Of a stretch of DNA of 64,000 nucleotides, positions 26,788-36,459 are shown one piece after another. Numbering within the stretch: position 1 is the stretch's first letter; every line of letters starts with the position of its first letter. This DNA comes from Gammaproteobacteria bacterium (GTDB taxonomy: Bacteria > Pseudomonadota > Gammaproteobacteria > Eutrophobiales > Eutrophobiaceae): NCBI GenBank assembly GCA_016193395.1, contig JACPSH010000015.1, positions 37,858-101,857 of the forward strand, read 5' to 3'. The position numbers and the translations under genes are program-made. The notes under the pieces are model-generated. The model was not told the origin of the DNA. It worked only from the letters and a program-made list of their open reading frames with translations, and did no database searches.

Positions 26788-28497
26788 TCACGCGGAGACA
26801 GGCGGCGCGCCAGGCCGGATGACCCCCCCCAGGAGCGGCGCGCCACTGCCGTGCGAAAGTATCCGGGTGAGCTGCTGCGGCGGCTCCCGGCCCAGCATCT
26901 CGTACAGGTTCGCAAGATGCAGGCGGAACAGCCGCTCGAAATCGCTGACCGTCTGCGCCGGGTTATACCCGCCGAACCACCAGAACCAGTCCGATCCCTC
27001 GCACACCGCGAGCTGCCGCGCCAGCCGATCACGACGGTGCGGGTCGAAATCGCCGAGCTGGAGACACTCGTCGTGGACACGCTTGGCTTCGCTCAGGATT
27101 TCCCAGGCGCGGTTCTTGTCCTCGTCTCCAATCCACGTGGAGAAGGTGCCGTGCACCCAGCTGCCGGCCGTGAGATGCGGGAGCTCCCGCGGCGCCGCGG
27201 CGTCCAGCGCTTCCGAAAACGTGCAGAGCCGGATGCGCGGATGTTCGCTGAGACGGCGGTACAGCGCCGACAGGAAAAAATAGCCGTTGTTCGGGTAGTA
27301 CTCCCATGCGTTTTCGCCGTCCATGATGATCGACACGACCGCCCCTGGGGAGGACCTCGTGTGGTCCGCGATGATCTCGAGCCGCCGGACCAGCTCCGCG
27401 ACCGCGTCGTCGGCGTGCCAGTCGGCGAACGTGAAGCCGATGAGATCGGACAGGGTATCGTCGCGAGCGAACAATCCGAGACGGGCGCCGGGTCTTCGAT
27501 AGGCGGCATAAAGGGCGTTTGCGTCCCCAGCCCCATGGCCGGAACGGTGCAGGCTGTTGCGCAGCACGGCCTCGCCGGTGGCCGCCCAACCGAAGCCGGC
27601 GGCGTCCAGCAGGTCGAGCGTGGCGGCGCTGACGCTCCCCTCCGAGGGCCAGCAACCCCGCGGACGCCTGCCGAAAAAGCGTTCGAAGATCGCGAGCCCG
27701 TGTTCGATGTGCCAGGCTGCGCGCGCCGCACCGCCCGGATATGCCTCAAGCACCGGGAGACGCGCGCCCGGCTGCGCCTCCCGCGCCGACCTGAAATCCA
27801 GCAACAGGGGGACTATCGGGTGCGCGTAGGGCGTCGTCGACAGCTCGACGCGTCCCTCGTCCGCCAGCTTGCGGTAGCGCGTGCGCACCGAACCGATCTG
27901 TTCGGCAATGCATTGCAGCAGGGTCCGGCGCTGGTGCAGCGTGAAACCCGAGCCCTGTTCGCTGAGCTGGCGGACGCGTTCATCGGTGCGGCGCACGGTC
28001 TCGCCCATCCACGCGAGGTGGTACCAGGTGACGAGATCGGCGAGGTATTGGTTATTGATATAGGCCCCGGCGTGCGTGTCGTGCATGACCAGCTCCGCGA
28101 TCTGCGCCAGCCGCCGGTACGGACGGAACGGCTCAATCATGCGCTTGCGGTTAGCGCGCAGGCAGGTCTTGACGAGGGCGAGCCGGTGCTCGACGTCGGC
28201 CGGGAACACCGCAGCCTCGAGCGCCGCCAGCAGGGGATCGCCGGGCGGCGTCGCTTCCTTCCGCCAGGCATTGAGCTGCGATTCATAGTCCTCGATCTGC
28301 TCGAGCAGGATCGGGCTGAAGTTGACGACCGCCTTCGACCCGGGCGCGGCTTCCAGGTGCGCCGCCATGTCCGTGTAGTCCTTGATCGCGTGCAGGTAGA
28401 CCCAGGGGAATTCCCATCCATTGCGCAGGTGATCGCGGTAGTCCGGCTGGTGCATGTGCCAGCACAGCACCAGCCGGAGAGGAGGGTCAGGTGCCAT
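26788..28497 (-). CDS. Glycoside hydrolase family 57 protein (alpha-glucan branching/processing)
   Basis: The N-terminus LVLCWHMHQPDYRD is the GH57 signature. The catalytic-region motif ...WIGDEDKNRAWE... is also present. It lies within the glycogen cluster. Confidence 0.85.
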   Translation of the reverse strand: MAPDPPLRLVLCWHMHQPDYRDHLRNGWEFPWVYLHAIKDYTDMAAHLEAAPGSKAVVNFSPILLEQIEDYESQLNAWRKEATPPGDPLLAALEAAVFPADVEHRLALVKTCLRANRKRMIEPFRPYRRLAQIAELVMHDTHAGAYINNQYLADLVTWYHLAWMGETVRRTDERVRQLSEQGSGFTLHQRRTLLQCIAEQIGSVRTRYRKLADEGRVELSTTPYAHPIVPLLLDFRSAREAQPGARLPVLEAYPGGAARAAWHIEHGLAIFERFFGRRPRGCWPSEGSVSAATLDLLDAAGFGWAATGEAVLRNSLHRSGHGAGDANALYAAYRRPGARLGLFARDDTLSDLIGFTFADWHADDAVAELVRRLEIIADHTRSSPGAVVSIIMDGENAWEYYPNNGYFFLSALYRRLSEHPRIRLCTFSEALDAAAPRELPHLTAGSWVHGTFSTWIGDEDKNRAWEILSEAKRVHDECLQLGDFDPHRRDRLARQLAVCEGSDWFWWFGGYNPAQTVSDFERLFRLHLANLYEMLGREPPQQLTRILSHGSGAPLLGGVIRPGAPPVSA

Positions 28498-29773
28498 ATC
28501 CGGCCCGCTGGCCGAGCATTTCCGGACAGACGAGGACGACGCCGCCGGGCGTCATGTGGAACCGCTCCCGGTCAGCGGCGGGGTTTTCGCCGATAACGGT
28601 GCGCTCGGGAATGTGACAGTCGGAATCGATGATGGCGCGCCTGATGCGGCAGTGACGCGCGATGTTGGCGCCCGGCAGCAGCACGGAATCCTGCACGGTC
28701 GAATAGGAATTTACGCGCACGTTGTTGGACAACAGCGAATGCCGGATGAGCGCGCCGGAGACGATGCAGCCGGCCGAGACCATCGAGTCGACCGCCATCC
28801 CGCGCCGGCCATCATCGTCGAACACGAATTTGGCGGGCGGCAGCTGGATGGGGGCGGTGCGGATGGGCCAGTCCTGATCATAGAGATTCAGCGGCGGCGT
28901 GACGCCGATCAGTTCCAGGTTTGCCTGCCAGTAGGCATCCAGGGTTCCGACATCGCGCCAGTAGCCCTGCTCCGTGGATTCGAGATCGTTGAAGGGACAG
29001 GCGATGAGGCGATGCTTCTCGTGTATCGTCGGCATGATGTCACGACCGAAGTCGTGGCTCGATTCGGGGACTTTCGCATCGCGTTCCAGCACGCTGACGA
29101 GAAAATCCGTGGAAAACAGGTAGATGCCCATGGAGGCCAGCGCCGCGTCCTCGCGGCCCGGCGTGGGGAGGGGCCGGGCCGGCTTCTCCTGGAAACCGAT
29201 GACGCGGTTTTCCGCGTCGACGATCATCAGGCCGAACAGGCTCGCGCTGCGTAGCGGAACCTCCACGCAGCCGACCGTGACGTCCGCGCGGCAATCCATA
29301 TGCGTCGCCAGCATCAGGCCGTAGTCCATCTTGTAGATGTGGTCGCCAGCCAGCACCAGCACGCGATCCGGCCGGTGATCGAGGATGATGTCAAGGTTCT
29401 GGTAGACGGCGTCCGCGGTGCCCTGGTACCAGGAAGAATTTTCATAGCGCTCCTGCGCGGGGAGCAGCTCGATGAACTCATCGAACTCGTGCCGCGAGAA
29501 CGACCATCCGCGCTCGACGTGCTGGATCAGCGAATGCGCGCGATACTGGGTAAGGATGCAGATCTTGTGCAGGCCGGAATTGACGCAGTTCGACAGCGAG
29601 AAATCGATGATCCGGTACTTCCCCCCGAAGGGAACGGCCGGCTTGCTGTGGCGCGCCGTCAGCGGGCCGAGACGCGCACCCCTGCCGCCGGCCATGACCA
29701 CCGCGACGGTATTGCGGAGAGACTGGTCGATGGAACGTTGCACGCGCTTGCGTGGCATATCATCATCTCCCAC
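28487..29773 (-). CDS. glgC: Glucose-1-phosphate adenylyltransferase
   Basis: The motifs VMAGGRGARLGPLTARHSKPAVPFGGKYRIIDFSLSNCVNSG and the C-terminal left-handed beta-helix match GlgC. The start is possibly at the internal MPRKRV. Confidence 0.9.
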   Translation of the reverse strand: MGDDDMPRKRVQRSIDQSLRNTVAVVMAGGRGARLGPLTARHSKPAVPFGGKYRIIDFSLSNCVNSGLHKICILTQYRAHSLIQHVERGWSFSRHEFDEFIELLPAQERYENSSWYQGTADAVYQNLDIILDHRPDRVLVLAGDHIYKMDYGLMLATHMDCRADVTVGCVEVPLRSASLFGLMIVDAENRVIGFQEKPARPLPTPGREDAALASMGIYLFSTDFLVSVLERDAKVPESSHDFGRDIMPTIHEKHRLIACPFNDLESTEQGYWRDVGTLDAYWQANLELIGVTPPLNLYDQDWPIRTAPIQLPPAKFVFDDDGRRGMAVDSMVSAGCIVSGALIRHSLLSNNVRVNSYSTVQDSVLLPGANIARHCRIRRAIIDSDCHIPERTVIGENPAADRERFHMTPGGVVLVCPEMLGQRAGYGT

Positions 29774-29954
29774 CCGAGCGCCGGGTGCGGCGGCTGTCGG
29801 TCGGCCGCGCGCGACTTCCGTTCAGGCTACGGAACCGGGCCGGGCGCATGCTGACCCAGGTCAATATGGTAACGATTACCGGCGATTATTCTAGGCATCG
29901 TACCCCGGAACGGCATAACGAAAACGTGCGGGGTCGACAATTGAGGAGGCGATC

Positions 29955-32141
29955 GTGAAAAGTCGCGGAAGGGTGATCGCCCGGAACGAAGATTTCGTCC
30001 TCGTCGGTGCGGCGCAGCACCATGACCCGGGGCGCGTCCTGGGACGGCACGTTGCCGGGGCCAACGCGGTGGCGCGCAGCCTGGTCCCGGGCGCCGCCCG
30101 GGTCGTGATCGCGGATACCGGCCAGCCCATGAGCCGCATCGAAGGCAGCGACCTGTTTGAATGGATCGGGCCCGCAGACACGCTTCCGGCGCGCTTCCGC
30201 ATCACCTGGTGGGACGGGAAAGGCGCTGAACACAGCGCCTGGGAGCCGTACTGTTTCCCTCCCCAGCTCAGCGATTTTGATCTTCACCTTTTTGGGGAAG
30301 GCACGCATCGGCATGCCTGGCGTTTCCTCGGCGCCCGCCCACACCAGGTCGACGGGGTGCCGGGCGTCCTTTTCTCGACCTGGGCCCCGAACGCCCGGCG
30401 CGTCAGCGTCGTCGGCGATTTCAATGCGTGGGACGCCCGCCGGCACGCCATGCGCGTGCGCGGCAGCAGCGGCGTCTGGGAACTGTTTGTCCCCGGCATC
30501 GGGCCTGGCACCCTGTACAAATTCGAGATCCTCGACCGCGCGGGCGGCCTGCATCTGAAAACCGACCCCTATGCGCGCAGTTGCGAAATGAGACCGGCCA
30601 CGGCTGCGCGCGTCGCGGACGACGGCGCGTTCCCGTGGACAGACGCGGAGTGGCTGGCCGCGCGCGCGACGCGCGACTGGCGGCATGCGCCGATGTCCAT
30701 TTACGAAGTGCATCTCGGCTCCTGGCGCCGCGCGCAAGACGGCGGGTTCCTCGATTACCGGGAGCTGGCCGTGCAACTGGCCGCGCACGTCAAGGCGCTG
30801 GGTTTCACGCACGTTGAACTCCTGCCCGTGACCGAACACCCGTTCGACGCGTCGTGGGGATACCAGACCACCGGCTACTATGCGCCGACCAGCCGTCATG
30901 GCGACCCAGACGACTTCCGCTGGTTCGTCGATTACCTGCACCGGCAGGGAATAGGCGTGATTCTGGACTGGGTGGCCGGGCATTTTCCCGGCGATGCGCA
31001 TGCGTTGAGGCGTTTCGACGGCACGGCGCTGTACGAGCACGAGGACCCGCGCCGCGGCCTCCATGTCGATTGGGGGACCCTGGTCTTCAACTACGGCCGA
31101 CACGAAGTGCGCAATTTCCTGATCTCGAACGCGATCTACTGGATCGAGGAATTCCATCTCGACGGGCTGCGCGTGGATGCGGTGGCCGCGATGCTCTACC
31201 TCGATTATTCGCGCAAGGAGGGCGAATGGCTGCCCAACGAATTCGGCGGCAGGGAGAACCTGGAAGCCATTGCGTTCATCCGTGAATTGAACGAGCAGGT
31301 GCTGAGCCGCCACCCCGGCGCGCTGACGATCGCCGAGGAGTCGACCGCGTGGCCGCTGGTGACGCGCCCGCAATGGGTCGGTGGACTGGGCTTCTCGATG
31401 AAGTGGAACATGGGCTGGATGCACGACACCCTGCAATATCTCGCCAAGGATCCGATCTACCGGCATTACTATCATGAAAACCTGACCTTCGGCCTGCTCT
31501 ACGCGTTCCACGAGAATTTCGTGCTGCCGCTCTCCCACGACGAAGTCGTGCACGGAAAGCGCGCACTGCTGGACAAGATGCCCGGGGACGATTGGCAGCG
31601 ATTCGCCAGCCTGCGCCTTCTATACACTTACTTGTTCACCTACCCCGGGAAGAAGCTGCTGTTCATGGGCGGCGAATTGGCGACCCGGCGTGAATGGAAC
31701 CACGACAGCGCGCTGGACTGGACGCTGGCGCAGGAACCTTGGCACCGAGGGATGATGTCGCTGCTCGCGGATCTCAACCGGCTGTACGTGGAACGGGCCG
31801 AACTGCACGGCTTCGAATTCCAGCAAGACGGGTTTGAATGGCTGGACTGCCATGACGCCCCGCAGTCCGTGCTGTGCTACATGCGCAAGCGGGTCGATGC
31901 CTTCGTGGTGGTGGTCCTGAATTTCACGCCGGTACCGCGCCGCGGCTACCGGGTCGGTGTGCCCATTGACGCTCACTACCGCGAGCTGTTGAATTCCGAC
32001 TCTGCGCATTACGGTGGCAGCAATCTTGGGAACGCCGGCGGCGTGCACTCACTCGACGAACCGTGGATGGGCAGGCCTTTTTCGCTGGTCCTTGACCTGC
32101 CGCCACTGGGCGGGCTGATACTGGGAGCCGGGACGAATTGA
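29955..32141 (+). CDS. glgB: 1,4-alpha-glucan branching enzyme (GH13)
   Basis: A GTG start at 29955 is preceded by a GAGGAGG Shine-Dalgarno at 29944-29950. The motifs [25 protein letters not shown] and [18 protein letters not shown] are GlgB signatures. Confidence 0.9.
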   Translation: MKSRGRVIARNEDFVLVGAAQHHDPGRVLGRHVAGANAVARSLVPGAARVVIADTGQPMSRIEGSDLFEWIGPADTLPARFRITWWDGKGAEHSAWEPYCFPPQLSDFDLHLFGEGTHRHAWRFLGARPHQVDGVPGVLFSTWAPNARRVSVVGDFNAWDARRHAMRVRGSSGVWELFVPGIGPGTLYKFEILDRAGGLHLKTDPYARSCEMRPATAARVADDGAFPWTDAEWLAARATRDWRHAPMSIYEVHLGSWRRAQDGGFLDYRELAVQLAAHVKALGFTHVELLPVTEHPFDASWGYQTTGYYAPTSRHGDPDDFRWFVDYLHRQGIGVILDWVAGHFPGDAHALRRFDGTALYEHEDPRRGLHVDWGTLVFNYGRHEVRNFLISNAIYWIEEFHLDGLRVDAVAAMLYLDYSRKEGEWLPNEFGGRENLEAIAFIRELNEQVLSRHPGALTIAEESTAWPLVTRPQWVGGLGFSMKWNMGWMHDTLQYLAKDPIYRHYYHENLTFGLLYAFHENFVLPLSHDEVVHGKRALLDKMPGDDWQRFASLRLLYTYLFTYPGKKLLFMGGELATRREWNHDSALDWTLAQEPWHRGMMSLLADLNRLYVERAELHGFEFQQDGFEWLDCHDAPQSVLCYMRKRVDAFVVVVLNFTPVPRRGYRVGVPIDAHYRELLNSDSAHYGGSNLGNAGGVHSLDEPWMGRPFSLVLDLPPLGGLILGAGTN

Positions 32142-32236
32142 CCGCCCGCCGCGCATCGCGTCCGCCGGCGGCGGTACGGAACGCAACCGTTCCGCGGCGG
32201 ACGCGCGCGCGCGCCCGGACGGCGCCGCGGATCCTG

Positions 32237-33688
32237 ATGGCCGCAGCGGAGGTCTTCCCGCTTGTCAAGATCGGCGGGCTGGCGGATGCCTCCGCCTCTC
32301 TCTCCCGCGCGCTGCACGAAATGGGCCTGGACGTGCGTGTCGTGCTCCCGGGCTACCGGCAGGTCATCAAGGCCCTGCCCGCCGCCCGATCCGCCGGGGA
32401 CGTCCGCGGCATCGCCGCGCCCGGGACGAGCCGCATCCTCGAGGCCGTTCTCCCCGACAGCCACGTGCCAGTCTATGTCATCGATCTTCCGTCCTTGTTC
32501 GACCGTGACGGCAGCGCATACCAGGACACCGCGGGCCGGGACTGGCCTGACAACGCGCAGCGCTTCGGGGCTTACTGCCGCGCCATCGAGGGGATCTGTC
32601 TCGGAACCGCGGGGCTCGACTGGACGCCCGAGGCCGTGCATTGCAACGACTGGCACACGGGCCTGGTACCGGCGCTGCTTTCGCTGCACGCGCCCCGTCC
32701 CCCGAGCGTATTCACCATCCACAATCTGGCTTACCAGGGCAATTTTCCGCAGGGCGCTTTCCGGGCGCTCCGGCTGCCGGATGCGCTCTGGACGCCCGGG
32801 GGCATCGAGTTCCACGGCATGATGTCGTTTATCAAGGGCGGGCTCGCCTACGCCGACTTCCTGACGACGGTGAGCCCGACCCACGCCGTGGAGATCACCG
32901 GCCCCGGCCTGGGCTTCGGCCTCGATGGCCTGCTCCGCTTCCGGCGCGGCGCGCTCAGCGGGATATTGAACGGCGTGGATTACCGGACATGGGATCCGCG
33001 GAAAGACCCGCACATCGCGCGCGGTTTCTGGACCCACCGCCTGGACGGCAAGGAATCCTGCAAGCTCGCCCTGCAAGCGCAGGCGGGACTGCGGGAGGAC
33101 GCGGCGGCGATCGTGCTCGCGCTCATCGCACGCTTCACCTATCAGAAGGGCGTCGATCTCGTGCTCGCCATCCTCGGTGATCTGCTCGCCGAACCGGACC
33201 TGCAGCTGGTCGTGCTCGGCGCGGGCGACACGGGTTTGAAGGCCGCCATGCACGCCGCGGCACACGCTCATCCCGGACGCGTTGCGGCGCACGTCAGCCA
33301 TGATGAGGCCCTTGCGCACCGCATCGTGGCCGGCGCGGACATGCTGCTCATGCCGTCCCGATACGAGCCCTGCGGATTGACCCAGCTTTATGCGCTCCGC
33401 TACGGCACGGTTCCGGTCGTGCACCGCACGGGCGGACTGGCCGATACGATCGTCGACGTCACGGATCGCACCGTCGCCGATCAGACGGCGACGGGTTTCC
33501 AGTTCGCGCGCGCCGAGCCGGGACAGCTGCTCGACACCGTGCGACGCGCCGCCCGGCTGCGACGCCACGATCCCGGACTCTGGCGGCGGATCATGCGCAC
33601 CGGCATGCGTCGGGATTTCAGTTGGGCGGCAAGCGCCGCGCGTTATGCGGAGCTGTACGCGCAGTTGCTGCCGCTGCGACAGCTCTGA
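32237..33688 (+). CDS. glgA: Glycogen synthase (ADP-glucose type, GT5)
   Basis: ...AAEVFPLVKIGGLADA... matches the GlgA N-terminal KxGGL motif. The C-terminal ...MPSRYEPCGLTQLYALRYGTVPVVHRTGGLADT... is also conserved. The ATG at 32237 was chosen, but a slightly upstream non-ATG start is possible. Confidence 0.85.
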   Translation: MAAAEVFPLVKIGGLADASASLSRALHEMGLDVRVVLPGYRQVIKALPAARSAGDVRGIAAPGTSRILEAVLPDSHVPVYVIDLPSLFDRDGSAYQDTAGRDWPDNAQRFGAYCRAIEGICLGTAGLDWTPEAVHCNDWHTGLVPALLSLHAPRPPSVFTIHNLAYQGNFPQGAFRALRLPDALWTPGGIEFHGMMSFIKGGLAYADFLTTVSPTHAVEITGPGLGFGLDGLLRFRRGALSGILNGVDYRTWDPRKDPHIARGFWTHRLDGKESCKLALQAQAGLREDAAAIVLALIARFTYQKGVDLVLAILGDLLAEPDLQLVVLGAGDTGLKAAMHAAAHAHPGRVAAHVSHDEALAHRIVAGADMLLMPSRYEPCGLTQLYALRYGTVPVVHRTGGLADTIVDVTDRTVADQTATGFQFARAEPGQLLDTVRRAARLRRHDPGLWRRIMRTGMRRDFSWAASAARYAELYAQLLPLRQL

Positions 33689-33726
33689 AGCCGGCCGGCT
33701 ACATTTCGAAATGTTGCCGGACGGGT

Positions 33727-33825
33727 CCTGTCACCGGGCGCCCCTTTTCCGTGCTCGTGCGGTCCCCTCACTTGCGCGCGGAAGAAGGGGAGTGCCCGGT
33801 GCCACCCGTCCGTTCGACTCTAGCA
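33727..33825. repeat. GC-rich palindromic extragenic element (opposite orientation) downstream of glgA
   Basis: GGACGGGTCCTGTCACCGGGCGCCCC...CCGTGCTCGTGCGGTCCCCTCACTTGCGCGCGGAAGAAGGGGAGTGCCCGGTGCCACCCGTCCG. It equals the reverse-complement orientation of the 39356 copy. Confidence 0.8.
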
Positions 33826-33995
33826 TGATGTTGAAAAACGATTTCCATATCGTTTTTCAACTCGCAAAGCAAAAATGCGATTTCCGCTTTGCTCCATTTT
33901 TCAATCGCTTGCCGCGATTGAAAAATGCCGGTACATCCCTGCACCGGGCGCAGGCTGTCGAAAAACGCTGTTTTTCAACAGCCTGCTAGAGCGTG
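33826..33995. repeat. Cluster of four AT-rich hairpins carrying the TTGAAAAA motif (composite element)
   Basis: Hairpin 1 is GTTGAAAAACGAT-ttccat-ATCGTTTTTCAAC (perfect). Hairpin 2 is GCAAAGC...GCTTTGC. Hairpin 3 is CATTTTTCAATCGC-ttgcc-GCGATTGAAAAATG (perfect). Hairpin 4 is GCAGGCTGTCGAAAAACG/CTGTTTTTCAACAGCCTGC. The region is much lower in GC than its surroundings. Confidence 0.8.
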
Positions 33996-34021
33996 AATCC
34001 GACCGGATTCAGGCATAGGTG

Positions 34022-34140
34022 CTGACCGGGCGGGTGACATCGGGTCACCGCTCTTCGCGCGCAGCGTAAGCGAGCACGAAGACGGTACCCGATGGCAGGA
34101 CCCGGCCGCGCTGAAGCGGGAATGAATCCGGCCGGACCTT
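34022..34140. repeat. GC-rich palindromic element plus 'ATGAATCCGGCCGGACC' tail module
   Basis: GACCGGGCGGGTGACATCGGGTCACCGCTCTTCGCGCGCAGCGTAAGCGAGCACGAAGACGGTACCCGATGGCAGGACCCGGCCG is followed by GGGAATGAATCCGGCCGGACCTTGCACTACTGA. Confidence 0.7.
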
Positions 34141-34174
34141 GCACTACTGATACGGCGAGCGGGGCAGGAAGCGG

Positions 34175-34726
34175 TCAGGGCAGGCGCGAGATGAACTCCG
34201 CGGGGGGCTTGCGCAGGGTCGCGGGGATCTCGGCGGGTATCCCATACCAGAAAATGCCGACGACGCGCTCCCTGGCGGGATCGATGCGCGTGATCTCGAA
34301 AAAGCGCGGATCGCGTATGACTTCCCCGGTCGTCCATTTGACGCCGATGCCGCGGTCCCAGAGAAAGAGCATCATGTTCTGGGCCGCGCAGCAACACGCC
34401 GCATAGTCCTCCCAGCACCGCACTTCATCGGCCTCCCGCTGGCAGGTCAGCAACAGCCAGCCCGGGATGGCGCGCCAGCGCCGCAGTTTCATCTCCGCGG
34501 CCCGTTCGCCCTTGCCGGCCCTCACCCGTTCCGCGTTGAGCAGGCATATGGCTTCCACAGTTTCCGGTCCCAGCAGGTAAAAGCGCCACGGTTGCGTGAG
34601 GTAATGGTTTGGCGCCCACGACGCGTGCGCGATCGCATCCAGGATGACGACCTGCGGCGGCGCCCCGGGCCGGAACTCGTGGATGGTCCGGCGGCCGCGG
34701 ATCGTGTCAGCGATGGTTGCAATCAT
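34175..34726 (-). CDS. Nitroreductase-family protein
   Basis: MIATIADTIRGRRTIHEFRPGAPP... is the nitroreductase N-terminal (R/S)xR pattern. The length is ~183 aa. Confidence 0.7.
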   Translation of the reverse strand: MIATIADTIRGRRTIHEFRPGAPPQVVILDAIAHASWAPNHYLTQPWRFYLLGPETVEAICLLNAERVRAGKGERAAEMKLRRWRAIPGWLLLTCQREADEVRCWEDYAACCCAAQNMMLFLWDRGIGVKWTTGEVIRDPRFFEITRIDPARERVVGIFWYGIPAEIPATLRKPPAEFISRLP

Positions 34727-34751
34727 AATGTTGTCGTCTCCGTCGGATCGA

Positions 34752-36389
34752 CTATGTCCCCTCGCGCCTCGCCCGGATGACCACTTCGCGCGCCTCCTTC
34801 AGGCGCAGGTTGTCCGGCGTCAACAGCAGCAGCTCATCGATATAGGCCTCAGCCCGATCGTAGTCCCGCTCCTTGATGGCCTGCCTCACGATGATCTGGA
34901 ATTCGTTGCTGATTGCGCGCAGCTTCTGGAGCGCGTCGCGGTCGCCGGGGTTCTGCTGAAGCCTGCGGCGGATGGCAGCGAGCCGTTCGCGTTCGCGCGG
35001 ACCGATAAGGAGCGCCTGGTCCGGATGGGCAGCGGCTGCAAGCTTCGGCGTGGCCGGAGCGCTTTCGGACATCCTGGAATCGGGCCGGTTCGCTGGCGGC
35101 GGTGCCGTGGATTTCTGCGATTCCGCCGTGCCCGGGATCGGGTCCTGCGCGGTCGTCTTCTCCGTCAGGAGTTGAGTCATCTCCGGAGGCGGTTCGGAGG
35201 TTGTCACCGGGACAGCCTCTGAACTTTCCGCTGGCACGGCCACGGACCCGGGTATGTGTTCCGGGACAGGTTCGCGCCCGGGCTGCTGGAACAGGGCAAT
35301 CCCGATCACGCCCAAGAGCGCCACGGCCGCCAGTGAGCCCGCGACCAGGCGGCTGCGCCGGGAACGCGTGTCGCTCGTGACGGCCACGTCGGGCACGGCC
35401 CCGGCAATCATGGTGATCTTCACCGTGTCGTTTACCGCCGGTGCGGCGGTCTTTGCGCGCGCGACCTCCGTCGCCGCCTCGGATCGCTCCGTGGGCATGA
35501 CCGGGCCCTGAAGATCGCGGCGCCATTCCGCGATCGTCTGCGGGCGGTCTTCAGTCCGGAACGCCATGGCGCGGTCAATTGCACCGAGCAGCCGCTTCGA
35601 GTATCCGGACGGATCGAGCTCGACGAGGGGTACGTACACGTCGCGCCCCGTTTGCAGCAGCGCTTCACTGCGGTTCATGGCGTCGACGGGCGCGCGGCCG
35701 ATGACCAAGCGGTAGAGCGTCGCGCCCAGGCCATAGATGTCGGTCCATGGACCCTGCTTGTCGCTCTTGCCGGTGTACTGCTCGAAAGGGGCGAATCCCG
35801 GCGAAACGAGCGTGGTCAGCGTCCGCGTCGCGACGCTCAACGACTGCCGCGCCGAACCGAAGTCGAGCAGCACCGGGCTGAAGTCGCCGCGCACGAAGAT
35901 GTTCGCCGGCTTGATGTCGCGGTGGATAAAGCCGCGGTCGTGCACCTGCTCCAGGCCATCCAGGATCGGCATCAGCAGGCCGTTGAGTTCGGCTTCCGGC
36001 AGCGTACCGCGCTCCTTGAGGATTTCGTGAAGCGCCTGTCCCTGCTCATATTCCATGATCATGTAGGCGGTGTTGTTCTCCGTGAATACGGTGAACACAC
36101 GCACGATATTGGCGTGCTTGAACTGCGCCAGTGTCCGCGCCTCGCTGATGAACCTGTCCAGCCCCCAGCGGAACTGTTCTTCATGCTCCGGCGACCGTGG
36201 GTGGACAGAGGTATCGCTTCCCCGCGCCGCCATTTCCACGGGCAGGTATTCCTTCACGGCCACCACCTGGTTCAGGTTAGTGTCCATCGCCAGGTAGGTA
36301 ATACCAAAGCCGCCCTGCCCCAGCACTTCGCGGATCACGTACCAGTGAATCCGGTAACCGGGAGGCAGCGCGTTGCGATGTTCAGCCAT
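34752..36389 (-). CDS. Serine/threonine protein kinase with a membrane-spanning segment and a C-terminal extracytoplasmic TPR-like region
   Basis: The kinase domain is indicated by LGQGGFGITYLA...VAVKEY (ATP-binding lysine), HRDIKPANIF and DFGSA. A hydrophobic segment (LVAGSLAAVALLGVIGIALF) follows the kinase domain. Confidence 0.85.
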   Translation of the reverse strand: MAEHRNALPPGYRIHWYVIREVLGQGGFGITYLAMDTNLNQVVAVKEYLPVEMAARGSDTSVHPRSPEHEEQFRWGLDRFISEARTLAQFKHANIVRVFTVFTENNTAYMIMEYEQGQALHEILKERGTLPEAELNGLLMPILDGLEQVHDRGFIHRDIKPANIFVRGDFSPVLLDFGSARQSLSVATRTLTTLVSPGFAPFEQYTGKSDKQGPWTDIYGLGATLYRLVIGRAPVDAMNRSEALLQTGRDVYVPLVELDPSGYSKRLLGAIDRAMAFRTEDRPQTIAEWRRDLQGPVMPTERSEAATEVARAKTAAPAVNDTVKITMIAGAVPDVAVTSDTRSRRSRLVAGSLAAVALLGVIGIALFQQPGREPVPEHIPGSVAVPAESSEAVPVTTSEPPPEMTQLLTEKTTAQDPIPGTAESQKSTAPPPANRPDSRMSESAPATPKLAAAAHPDQALLIGPRERERLAAIRRRLQQNPGDRDALQKLRAISNEFQIIVRQAIKERDYDRAEAYIDELLLLTPDNLRLKEAREVVIRARREGT

Positions 36390-36459
36390 GAAGTAGAGAC
36401 CGTCTATTTACAGATGCTTTTGAACCCGCCGGGCGTCCAAGAATACGGACTGGTTCGCG

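Noticed and set aside
26395-28596. A 733-codon plus-strand ORF antisense to malQ/GH57. Other long antisense ORFs were also noted (9013..9912, 9940..10635, 17260..18510, 18545..19630, 20495..21319, 32009..33568, 37725..39125, 40042..41490, 41148..43421, 57466..59247).
   Set aside because: Each lies opposite a gene with clear family motifs. Their translations are Arg/Ala/Pro/Gly-rich low-complexity sequences, typical of stop-codon-poor antisense frames in GC-rich DNA, and no protein-family motifs were recognisable.
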